DNA of 64,000 bases from Octopus sinensis (taxonomy: Eukaryota). Positions 12,431-24,362 of the stretch are shown here, one piece after another. How positions within the stretch are numbered: position 1 is the first letter of the stretch; every line of letters starts with the position of its first letter. The notes beneath the pieces are model-generated. The model was not told the DNA's origin. It was given only the letters and a program-made list of their open reading frames with translations, and ran no database searches. The translations under genes were made by a program, and so were the position numbers. The stretch covers positions 11,842,001-11,906,000 of the forward strand of contig NC_043014.1 in the NCBI RefSeq assembly GCF_006345805.1, written 5' to 3'.

Positions 12431-14031
12431 GCGCGTGTGTGGTGTGGGCAAAAGTGGAGGAGTCTAGTTAAAGATAATTTATACCATTTGTTATTCGTAA
12501 CGACAGAAGCGGTGTCTTTGTGGTATTTATACAAAAGTGGGAGAAGAAAAATAATTAAAAGTGATCAATGACTCGTATTTGAATAACGCAGACAAATACA
12601 GGTATGTCAAATACCATACAACAAATTCTTAGTATTTGTCTGTTCTAGACCCGGGGTAGTTGTTGATGTTGTTGGTTAGCCGCAGGTCAGCCTTCATCAA
12701 GTGAATTTATGACCAAAGGCATTCCGGTCACGGCCATCCTGCCTTTTCCCTCCGTGCCAATAAGCCAGGACTACATTATTCATTGTATCCTTTCTTAGGT
12801 GGAAGGATGTGATTTATGGAAGATTTAGCTATTTTTTCTTGCAGGTTAGAAGATCACATAGAGTTGCTATTGTTTGTCCAGGATGACCACTCCGTGCTGG
12901 ACAAAACGCTCATCGACATTTGTTTCGGCTCTTTCAAATGCCGCCAAGATCGACTTAATCTTTCATCCTTTCGGGGTCGATGAAAAAATGACCAGATGAA
13001 CAGTGGGGTCGATTCAATCGGCTGGCCTTCTTCTCCAAAATTTCAGGCCTTGTGCCTATAGTAGAAAATTATTTATAATCAGTCAAGGGTAACCTGCGGC
13101 CCATGGTAGTTTCTGAATTGTATGTCTCATAAAAAATTACCTTCGTTTTTACTAGCAGTGCGGCCCGTAAGTTTCTAAATGACACGCCTCAGAAAAAAAT
13201 TACTTTCACTTTTTTAATAATGCGGCCCGCTTCTTGAAAATGGCTGCCCACGTCTGGTTTCTAATGATGGTCAGCAGTTGGTAGTGGTGGTGGCGGCGGC
13301 GGTGGTGGTGGTGGTGGTGGTGATAGGCGGTTGCTGCAGCGGTGATAGTGTTAATGGTTTTGGTGTAGAGGTGGATGCGTTCGTAAAAGAACGGTTCGTG
13401 GGGGTGATGACGGTGTGTGGAGGTAGGACAAAACGATGTTTAGAGATGTCGGTTGCCGTAGTAATGGGGTAACAGTTGTACTGTTGAGGATAAAAAGTAA
13501 TTGTAAAGTAGTATTAGCAGTAGTAGTACTTAGTACTTGTGGGTGGGGTGTTGATAGTAGTAGTAGTAGTAGTAGGCGAGTTATTAATAATGGCATCGGA
13601 AGTGAAAACAACGAGAGTAATGATGCACGGGTGTTTATGTTGGTGGTGGCGGTGGTGGTGGTGGTGGTGGTGGTGGTGGTAATGGTGGTGGTGGTGGTGG
13701 TGGTGGTGGTAGTGGTGGTGGTGGTGGTGGTGGTGGTGGTGGTGGTGGTGGTGGTGGTAGTGGTGGTGGTGGTGGTGCTGGTGGTGCTGGTAGTGGTGGT
13801 GGTGGTGGTGGTGGTGTGTAATATTGCGCGAAGATGTCGGCAGAGAACGAGCTGAGTGGTGGAGGGTAGAGGTGGGCTGCGGTGTGGGAGTAGGAAAGAG
13901 ATTCTGTGTGCCTGACGAACGAACGAAGATGAAGATTGGCTGCGAGGGAGATGATATACTATAAGATGAACGTGGGACATAAAAATTATAACCAACGAAA
14001 GTGATACACACATACATGTGTGAGCGTGCAT

Positions 14032-14083
<52 letters not shown>

Positions 14084-14179
14084 AAATCAAAATAAGCAAC
14101 AAGTATATCCAATTTTGCTGATATATATATATATTGTAAATTCTCACTATATTATATATATATATATATACGTGACTAA

Positions 14180-14211
<32 letters not shown>

Positions 14212-14296
14212 ATAAAAAATATATGAATAAATATATATACATACACACTCATACACACACACTTGCACTCTCTCCCACACATATAGTAGTAGTAGC

Positions 14297-14340
<44 letters not shown>

Positions 14341-14779
14341 CAGTAGTAGTAGTAGTAGTAGCAGTAGCAGCAGTGGTGGTGGTGGTGGCGGACCACCTGG
14401 CTGAGAACGTGGAGGCTGATAAAACCAGATGTGGTCGAAATTAAGAATTAAAAACAAAACAAAAAATAATAATAATAATAAATAATTTTTAAAAAATGGC
14501 AAGAGCAAATAAGAGTAAAAACTAATAAACAGATAAAGAGACCAAGGAAAGAAAGGCAAGCATAGATATAAATAGATATAAATAGACATAAATAGATATA
14601 AATAAAATGAAAGACAGAAATGAAGGCAGGAGGAAACCAACCAACGAACCCGCCAGCCAGCCAACAACCAGCCGACAAGCCAACCAGCCGACAAGCCAGC
14701 CGACCAACCAAATTAACCTAAACAAGTTAACTACGCTCAAAAGACACAAAACGGTGTGAAGTTTTCGGCTGCAGTCAGG

Positions 14780-15209
14780 CTGGCTCTGCATTCTTCTGGT
14801 TAAATACAGCAACTGTGAGATTTTATATACTTTTCGAAGAGGATTCTTTATAAGTTCTTCTTAATTTTTGCTCTTTCTTGCCGTCGCTGTCTTTATAATT
14901 TTCTCTGTGGTCTCTCTCTTTTCCGTGTGTCTTTCGTACTCTGCTACTGAAAGAAGATAATAGCAACAGCAACCAGGATAATAACGACAACGAAGACAAA
15001 CGTTATCGTATTTATGGATCAATGACTACGGTGTCACTACCATCACAATCACCGGCACCACCACCAAGAACAACGACAACAACAGTTTGACACGGACACA
15101 CAGACACACATATAAAACATAAAACATTAAATCATAACGATAATATTTAATAAATACAATCAAGCTGAAAGATTGAGAGACGAAGGAAAACTTAAGAAAT
15201 CCAAGCTTG
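14780..15209 (+). other. Candidate non-coding 5' exon of the FGF gene (start uncertain)
   Basis: Consensus donor TTG|GTAAGT at 15210-15215 ends a CpG-containing stretch free of the SINE families. An in-frame TGA at 15174-15176 would make the exon non-coding. No transcript evidence. Confidence 0.3.
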
Positions 15210-15480
15210 GTAAGTACCAAAAAAAAAAAAAACCCAAACAAAACACAGACAGGTTTTTGTTTTCTGTTTATATATAGAGTAGTTTTGACTTTAAGAGTCC
15301 CTCCTAGCATGTGGCATTTATGTGTAGTAATGCCCTCTATATAATATAAATAAATATATTTAAGTGAAAAAATTGGTGGATTTTTTCTCTTTTGAGGTTT
15401 TTCACGCTAACTACTTGATAAATTCTTATGAAGATTTTATCCTATTTTTAAATTGTATATATATATATATATATATACAT

Positions 15481-15764
15481 ATGGCATTCCTTCGATATAA
15501 CTCGACAAAATCAAAACATTTCACTTCGGGTATATCCGTGGGTTGTGGAATATAGATATAACGAAATTATGCCAGCAATGTTTCGTTTTAAACTTGAAGA
15601 CAAAAAAAAAAAGCCTTGCATATTTGTTCTTACCTGTTTCATGTGTGTAGGTAAAATCCGAAAATTTCCAAACAGAAAACAGAAGAATCGAACTGTCATT
15701 TGCTTCCATGGAAATAGACGAAGTGAAATGTTTTGATTTTGTCGAGTGATATCGAAAGAATGCC

Positions 15765-15766
<2 letters not shown>
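15481..15766. mobile_element. MITE with 48-bp TIRs inside a (TA)n tract
   Basis: 15481-15528 and 15719-15766 are reverse complements with 2 mismatches; (TA)n on both sides. Confidence 0.75.
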
Positions 15767-15799
<33 letters not shown>

Positions 15800-15843
15800 A
15801 TATATATATAATATAATATAATATGATATAGTATAAGGCAATC

Positions 15844-15965
15844 AGTTGTCATAATAATACTCAGAGTTTCAGATGCCAGGGCTAATGGACATCCTCATCA
15901 GTTAGTAAGACAGAGGATGTCCTTTAGCTTTGGCATCTGAAATTCTGAGTATTATTATGACAACT
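15844..15965. repeat. Long near-perfect inverted repeat (53-bp arms, 16-nt loop)
   Basis: 15844-15896 versus 15913-15965: 4 differences, three of which give G:U pairs in a + strand RNA. Confidence 0.9.
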
Positions 15966-16059
15966 AACTGATTGTCCTATATTATATATTTATAGATAAA
16001 TTCCTCTATTTACATAATATCGAAGTCTCATTCATTCTTTTGTTGTCATATTATTATTA

Positions 16060-16098
<39 letters not shown>

Positions 16099-16105
16099 GA
16101 TTATG

Positions 16106-16139
<34 letters not shown>

Positions 16140-16140
16140 A

Positions 16141-16368
16141 TGTGACCGCGCGTGTACCGTTGGCGATTTTTTTTTCCTCCGTCTTCCCTTCTCTGGATCT
16201 TTCCTTTTCCTATGTTTCTGACATAGTATTATTGGACGCTCAGGAAGGAAGGGAAGAAGGAGGGTTTAACGTTTCGAGCGGAGCTCTTCGTCGGAAACAT
16301 AGGAGAAGGAAAGATCCAGAGAAGGGAAGACGGAGGTAAAAAAAATCGCCAACGGTACACACACGGTC

Positions 16369-16371
<3 letters not shown>
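16141..16371. mobile_element. PLE pseudo-LTR remnant in inverted arrangement
   Basis: 16141-16222 is the reverse complement of 16290-16371 (about 82 bp, few mismatches). Same family as 3965-4122, 40350-40510 and 42560-42780. Confidence 0.6.
16264..16298 (-). ncRNA. Minimal PLE-type hammerhead (U4C variant)
   Basis: Reverse complement: GTTT-CCGACGA-A-GAGC(TCC)GCTC-GAAACGTT^AAAC. Confidence 0.5.
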
Positions 16372-16419
<48 letters not shown>

Positions 16420-19059
16420 CGTGTGCATATGTACATGCATACATGGATAATTTGTCAAAAGCGTGGATTAGAGAATTTTGGCGTTTGTGTGTGTGTGTGT
16501 GGTGTGTGTGTGCGTTTCTTAACGCTTTGATCACATTTAATGACAATTATAATTCTCATTTTGGTTGCAACCTGTTGTTTATATTAATTTTATATAGATG
16601 TATATATATAGAGAGAGACATATATGTACGTTTGTATGTATGTACCTTGGTGTTTGTCCCACTCCACGATTGCTCGAGAACCGGTATTGATTTGTTAACG
16701 TTCCCGCAACATAGCGGTTTGCCAAAAGCGACCGATTTGACTAAAACCCTTCAAACTGGTGCCCCAGCATGGCCACAGTCCAATAGTTGAACCAACAAAA
16801 AGATAAAAGATAGACTGTAATTCATGATACGTTGGCCAGGGTTTGTTTTCAAAACAAATAAACATGAAAAACAATTCTATCGTAAAACTTGAATGTTATA
16901 TTATTTTCTTCTCCAGCAAGACGTTCCGAGGTGAAATAGTTATCATGGCTGCTTTACACGTGGGAGGTCGTTAGTTCGAATCTTGCTGGAACCTTAGATG
17001 CGTCGTTAGTTTCACTTTAATGCGACGAGCTGGAAGAGTCTTTACCTCGTCGGATGAAATGTTTAGTGGCAATTCGTCCGTTTTTAAGATGTGGGTTCAA
17101 ATTCCGCCATGATCGACTTTGCTTTTCATCCTTTCGGGGTCGATAAATTCCCCTGTCGATCACTGGGGTCGAAACAATTGACTAGCTCCCAGTCCCTAAA
17201 ATTTCAGGCTTTGTACCTAGAGTGGAAGGGATTATGTTTTTTCTCAAGCAAGAAAGCCGAGAATAGCAAAGTCGGTAGAGCTTTGGACAAAATGCTGCGT
17301 TGTATTTGGTTATATCTTTCAATGTTCTTGTTTCAAATCCCACCAGAAGCTAAAGGAGGCGAGCTGGCAGGAACGTTAGCACGCCGGGCGAAATGCGTAG
17401 CCGTATTTGTCTGCCGTTACGTTCTGAGTTCAAATTCCGCCGAGGTCGACTTTGCCTTTCTTCTTTTCAGGGTCGATAAATTAAGTACCAGTTACGCATT
17501 GGGGTCGAAATAATCGACTTAATCCGTTTGTCTGTCCTTGTTTGTTCTCTCTGTGTTTAGCCCCTTGTGGGTTGTAAAGAAATAGGTATTTCGTCTACCG
17601 TTACGTTCTGAGTTCAAATTCCGCCGAGGCCGACTTTGTCTTTCATCCTTTCGGGGTCGATAAATTAAGTACCAGTTACAAACTGGGGTCGATATACTCG
17701 ACTTAATCCATTTGTTTGTCCTTGTTTGTCCCCTCTACGTTTAGCCCCTTGTGGGTAGTAAAGAAGTAAGGAGCTAAAGGAGGTGTTTTTCATACTTGCT
17801 GAGTTTATAGAATAACTAACAAGTAAAGTGTTGGTTGGACGTGGGGGTGGAGTTAAATTAATTGACCATACCTCTACTTCCTTCGCAAATGTGGTATTGT
17901 ACTGAAATTAAAAATGCGTATCATTCCATTCAGATTTCAGGTACTGCTGCGGTCAACGTTGCTTTTCATTATTCTTTGATTGATGAAATAGAGTACATCT
18001 ATCCTCGTTTGCCACCGATCCATTTATCACTGATTCATTTATCATCGATTCATTTATCACTGATTCATTTATTATTGATTCGATATGCTTAGTTGTGAAC
18101 CGTGTGAGCTTTTAACGAACCGATCTGTGATAGCAGAGGGTGGTGAGCAGTCAAAGATCCTGTTTGGGCCATAAAAAAAAGAAAAAATGCGCCCTTGCGA
18201 TCATCCACAGAGCTCAGGATAACTTGGAGTCTCACAAGAAAACCTATTCCACCGCTACCCTCCATAAGTTCTATTATTCAGTCATCAATGATTCATTTAA
18301 CACGTAGTTTTTTTGTTTTTTTTGCCACTAAACATTCGTGACAGATCAATTAGATCAATTAAAAGACGGCGAGCTGGTAGAAACGCTAGCAAGCCGGATG
18401 AAATGCTTAGCGATATTTCGTCTGTCTTTACGTTCTGAGTTCAGATTCCGCCGAGGTCAACTTTGCCTTTTATCCTTTCGGGGATCATTAGATCAATTGC
18501 TAGTCGCTCTAATTGACTGGCCCTCTCCCACAAATTTCAGGCCTTGTCCCTACAGTAGAAAGGATTATTATTATTATTAAGATGGCGAAGTAGCAGAACT
18601 TTTAGCCCCCCGAACAAAATGCTTAGCGGTATTTCATCCGTCTTTATGTTCTGAGTTCAAATTCCGGTGAGGTTGAATTTGCTTTCAATCCTTTCGGGGT
18701 CGATAAAATTAGTACCAGTTCAACAGAGGGGTTGATGAAATTGACTTATCCACTCCCAAGAAATTGCTGGCCTTGTGCCAAAATTTGAAACTAATATTCG
18801 TAGAGTTTAGAGCGTGTTGTTCAATGTGACTACCCCTAATTCGGGAAAACCAAAAACCAGATCGATGTTGTACCTGTATTCTCATCTTTTGACCTTATCA
18901 CATCCTTCGTATCATCTCTATAACGATAATTGCCAAGTGTATTATAATGAAGAGCCCTTTGATTATTTATTCCTTTGTATATATGGTTTAATACAGTTTA
19001 CTACGACAGCTTCGTGATGTAATCAATGGTACGTCATTAGCAATTTATTTAATAATACG

Positions 19060-19375
19060 GGGGTGCAATGGTCCAGTGGTTAGGGCAGCGGACTCGCGGT
19101 CGGAGGATCGCGGTTTCGATACCCAGACCGTGCGTTGTGTGTGTTTATTGAGCGAAAACACCTAAAGCTCCACGAGGTTCTGGCAGGGGTTGGTGGCGAC
19201 CCCTGTTGTACTCTTTCGCCCCAACTTTCTCTCACTCTTTCTTCCTGTTGAGTAACGCTGCGATGGACTGGCGTCCCGTCCAGCTGGGGGAACACATACA
19301 CCACAGAGACCGCGAAACCGGGCCCGTGAGCCTGGCTAGGCTTGAAAAGGGCGCATAAATAAATAAATAAATAAA
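19060..19375 (+). mobile_element. tRNA-head SINE with a non-CORE middle and the same tail as 11120-11360 (family R)
   Basis: GGCGCAATGGCCCAGTGGTTAGGGC head and GAGCGAAAACACCTAAAGCTCCACGAGG middle. Copies at 40555-40865(-), 41478-41785, 61093-61410, and head plus middle only at 24600-24800. Confidence 0.8.
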
Positions 19376-19979
19376 TTTAATAATACATCTATCACTTTTG
19401 TTTTTAATGTTCATATCGCTAGTTAAAGGCGGTGAGCTGGCAGAATCGCTACACACCGGGTAAAATGCTTAGCAGCATTTCGTCTGTCTTCATGTTCTGT
19501 GTTCGAATCCCGTGGAGGTCGACTTTGCCTTTCATCCTTTCTGGATCGTTAAAATAAGGACCAGTTAAACACTGGAGTCGATCTAATCGATTTACACCCG
19601 CCCCCAAAATTGCTGGGCATGTGTCAAGATTTGAAAACAATGTTGATACTGCTAGGTGTTGGTCTGTTCATTTTGTTTTGTTTCTAAAATCTTCCAGAAT
19701 ATACTCTTTACTCTTTTACTTGTTTCAGTCATTTGACTGTGGCCATGCTGGAGCACCGCCTTTAGTCGAGCAAATCGACCCCGGGACTTATTCTTTGTAA
19801 GCCTAGTACTTATTCTATCGGTCTCTTTTGCCGAACCGCTAAGTTACGGGGACATAAACACACCAGCATCGGTTGTTAAGCAATGTTGGGGGGACAAATA
19901 CAGATACACAAACTCACACACACACACACACACATACACACACACACACACATGCACACACACACACACACACGCATAT

Positions 19980-20015
<36 letters not shown>

Positions 20016-21204
20016 CCTATATACGACGGGATTCTTTCAGTTTCCGTTTACCAAATCCACTCACAAGGCTTTGGTTGGCCTGAGGCTATAGTAGAAGACA
20101 CTTTGCCCAACGTGCTACTCAGTGGGACTGAACCTGAAACCATGTGATTGTTAAGCAAGCTACTTACCACACAGCCACTCCTTTTTTTTCCTATTTAAAC
20201 TCAGTGTTCTGCAACATACTCTGCTATACATTTCTCAAAATGAATAACCATGAAATGAATGGAAACCAGACCTCTTGGTTTCAGCTTCAGTCCCACTGTC
20301 CAATGTCTTGATCAGGCGTACTATATACCTCCGGCCAACTGGACGGAAACTGAGTGGCAGCCTGTCATGTATGTGTGTATGTGTGTGTGTGTATGTATAT
20401 GTGTGTATATATGTGTGTGTATATGTGTGTTTATGTATGTGTACATATGTGTATGTGTGCATGTGTGTGTGTGTATATATGTATGTGTATATATGTGTGT
20501 GTATATGTGTGTGTATATGTGTGTTTATGTATGTGTACATATGTGTGTATGTGTGTATGTGTGCGTATGTGTATATATGTGTGTGTATGTCTGTGTATGT
20601 GTGTGTGTACGTCTGTGTGTGTGTGTGTCTGAAGGCGCGTGGCTTAGTGAAGGTATTCGGCTCACAATCGTAAGGTCGTGAGTTTGATACTCGGCGGCGC
20701 GTTGTATCCTTAAGCAAGACACTTTAATTTCACGTGGCTGCAGTCCACTCAGTGAGTTGTACATGTTAATTCAAAGGGCTCTCGATGTTAGATTCTGTGT
20801 CACACTGAGTCTCCCTAAGAACTACATTAAGGGCAGGCACCTCCGTCGTGTACTCAGCCACTTTCCCTTTAATTCCACGATTCACAAGCAGACCGTTCCA
20901 TTGATCGGATCAAGCGAAACATTCGTTCGTAACCGACGGTGTAGTGCTGCGCGGTAAGAGGCTTGCTTCCCAACCAATATGGTTCCGGGTTCAATCTCAC
21001 GGCGTAACATCTTGGGCAAGTGTCTTCTACTATAGCCTCGGGCCGACCAAAGCCTTGAGTGAATTTCGTAGTGAGAAACTGAAAGAAACCTGTCGGGACA
21101 AGAACGCAAAACATCCAGACAGATGATATAAAGAAAACAAGGACGGGTCATTCGGAGTATTCTTTCCTCAGTCGAGTTCCAGATTATCTTTGCAATTTCG
21201 GATG

Positions 21205-21268
<64 letters not shown>

Positions 21269-22472
21269 GTGTCTGTGTTTGTCCTCCCACCAATGCTTGA
21301 CAACTGATGCTGGTGTGTTTACGTTCCCGTAATTTAGCGGTTCGGCACAAAAGACCGATGGAATAAGTACTAGGCCTAGGATCGATTTGTTCGACTAAAA
21401 CCCTTCCGAGCTATACTATGACTAAAACAAGTCAGAATAGAAATAAATTAGTTCTGCTCTTTATAACAACTGTATGCTATGAAGGCTAAGTGTCATCAGA
21501 AGTTTGTGTGTGTGTGTGTTTTTGAAGGGAACAAATATTGAATTATATCTTATTATTTCGATACATTAAAGGGGATTCAGCTTTGTATACATTGAAATTA
21601 TCAACCGAAGGTTTTGAAAGAATTACTTTTCTGAGAATCAAAGCTACATCAACGGTTACGAACAGTAGACCCAGTTGCTAAAATGAAACGTTACTAGATC
21701 AGTTCCTGTTCTATCTAAGTGATGTCACATAACAATATTCTTTTCTACTCTAGGAGCAAAGCCCCAAATTTTGGGGGTGGGGGCCAGTCGATTAGATCGA
21801 CCACAGTACGCAACTGGTACTTAATTTATCGACCCCAAAAATAGGATGAAAGTCAAAGTCAACCTCGGCGGAATTTGAACTCAGAACATAAAGATAGAAG
21901 AAATACTGATAAGCGTTTCGCTCAGCGTGCTAACGATTCTGCCAGCTCACCGTCTTATAACACCTGGCAATATTAGTATATGAACTCAAGGCGATGAGCA
22001 GGTAGAATCATTCGCATGCCGAATAAAATGCCTGGCGGCATTTCTTCCGGTTTTACGTTTTGAATTCGAATTCCGCTGAAGTCGTCGTTGCCTTTCATCC
22101 CTTAATAAAGTAACAATTGAATACTGGTCCTGATGTAAGCGACTTACTCCCTCCCCATAAAGCGTTGCCCTTGTACCAAAATTTGATATCAATAATAATA
22201 TACGAAGTGAAGGAGGCAAGCTAGCAGAAACCTTAGCACGCCGAGACAGGGGGTTATGTAATCGACTAGTCCCCTCCCCACAAATTTCAGACCTTGTAGA
22301 AAGGATTATTAGATATTTAATTTTTTTTTAAATTCTTAAAATATTTGCTGTATTGTAGGGTTAGGGTTAGGGTTTTATTGCTCATCAATTTTAACAAAAA
22401 GTTTTATATGGACCCCAGTTCAATACCACTAGTCTACCCGATCCCAAAACGGTCATGACTTAAGTACTACTT

Positions 22473-22646
22473 GTGGGCAAGCCCAAAATGGGCAGGCCGA
22501 AGATCACTTGGCAGCAGATATTTCAAGGTGACTTGAAGTCATTTGACATTACATGGAAAGGATGGGCAAGAGTAGCAGTCGACCAAATCCGGTGGAAGAA
22601 GCTTGCTGCCCAATTCTTTGAGCAGAACAGAAGAACCTAAATCTAA
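22473..22646 (+). mobile_element. RTE/RTE-X-type LINE ORF2 C-terminus
   Basis: GKPKMGRPKITWQQIFQGDLKSFDITWKGWARVAVDQIRWKKLAAQ...RRT* matches the GRP..TW...DR..W C-terminal pattern of RTE-like elements. Confidence 0.75.
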
Positions 22647-23690
22647 GAAAAAGAGGGATGAGGCATAAGGCTGTCATACAAGTTGGGGTTGGTTGGTGAG
22701 TCAGTGAGAGATGATTAACCCTGATTTTGTTTGTTTGGGATAGGTCTGGAGTGGGTTAATTAGAAGATAGTATCTCAGAGCACAAGATCTACAAGCTTTC
22801 ATTTTAATTGCGAAAGATATTATGCAGTTCAATGGTCAATATTCACTTTCGAAGTTTTTCTCCAAATATCTTCTTTCATGAACAGAATTTTGAGATCTTG
22901 AGATTATTCTACAGCTTGAAGTAGGGAGCTTATTAAAACTCATCAAATTTAAGTGGATAAAAATTAAGTTTTGTATTTCCAATATTGACATTATACGTAT
23001 ATTGATGTTTAAAATTATTATATGTGTATTCTGAGACACGAGGAAAAGATTCGCTGACAGTAGTCGGAAGTCATTTGATAGCTGGGATACACTGTGGCAG
23101 AGTGATTCTAGCAGCTATACCTATTTCTTTACTACCCACAAGGGGCTAAACACAGAACGGACAGACAAGGACAGACAAACGGATTAAGTCGATTATATCG
23201 ACCCCCAGTGCGTAACTGGTACTTATTTAATCGACCCCGGAAGGATGAAAGGCAAAGTCGACCTCGGCGGAATTTGAACTCAGAACGTAACGGCAGACGA
23301 AATACCACTAAGCATTTCGCCCGGCATGCTAACATTTCTGCCAGCTCGCAGCTATACCTAAAAAGTTTCTTTTTGATACACTGTGTGGGAAATATTTTTC
23401 ACATATAAGGAGCTTCTTTTCACCAGTGTAAGTTCTGGATACTAGAATGTTTCATTAGCTTTCGACTGAAGAGTTCAAATTAATCATTAGTGACACTTAT
23501 AACCAAGGAAAGGAGCTATCTGTGATAGGCACGTAACATGAATATTTTGTAGAGTCCTAAACACTGTCTTGGAATCGAACCAGGATCGCTGTGTTCGAAC
23601 GACCAGGATTTGTTAGAGATTTATAACGTCAGCAAAAAAACCGACCAGTTAGGTCTCTAGTAGAAATCGCAGCATCAACACAATCGTGAT

Positions 23691-23713
23691 CCGCCCATTG
23701 GTTTATGACGTCA
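23691..23713. promoter_or_regulatory. Compact GC-box + CCAAT + CRE motif cluster (candidate)
   Basis: CCGCCC (23691-23696), ATTGG (23697-23701) and TGACGTCA (23706-23713) within 23 bp of non-SINE sequence. Confidence 0.3.
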
Positions 23714-23782
23714 GGAACGAACTGACCACTAAAATCTCTGGTAGAACAGGATGTCTTTAACAATTTCCTTTTTCGGAAAGGG

Positions 23783-24362
23783 TGGTGAGCTGGCAGAAAC
23801 TTTAGCACTCCGGGCTAAATGCATAGTGATACTTCCTCTGTCTTTACGTTCTGAGTTCAAATTCCGCCGAGGTTGATTTTGCCTTTCATCCTTTCGGGGT
23901 CGATAAATTAAGTACCAGTTACGCACTGGGGTCGATGTAATCGACTTAATACCTATGTCTGTCCTTGTTTGTCCCCTCTGTGTTTAGCCCCTTGTGGGTA
24001 ATAAAGAAATAGGTATTTCGTCTGCGTTACGTTGTGAGTTCGAATTCCGCCGAGGTCGACTTTGCCTTTCATCCTTTCGGGGTCGATAAATTAAGTACCA
24101 GTTACGCACTGGGGTCGATGTAATCGACTTAATACCTATGTCTGTCCTTGTTTGTCCCCTCTGTGTTTAGCTCCTTGTGGGTAATAAAGAAATAGGCACT
24201 TCCTCTGTCTTTACGTTCTGAGTTCAAATTCCGCCGAGGTCGACTTTGCCTTTCATCCTTTCAGGGTCAATAAATTAAGTACCAGTTGCGTACTGGGGTC
24301 AATCTAATCGACTGGCCTCCTCCCCCAAAATTTTGTGCCTTGTGCCTAGAGTAGAAAAGAAT
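23783..24362 (+). mobile_element. Family-M SINE trimer
   Basis: Head, then two units of about 180 bp ending AAAGAAATAG, then a terminal unit ending CCTAGAGTAGAAAAGAAT. Confidence 0.85.

Noticed and set aside
13278-14694. Poly-T, poly-V, poly-H and poly-Y ORFs
   Set aside because: GGT, TAG and TA microsatellites lacking stops in some frames.
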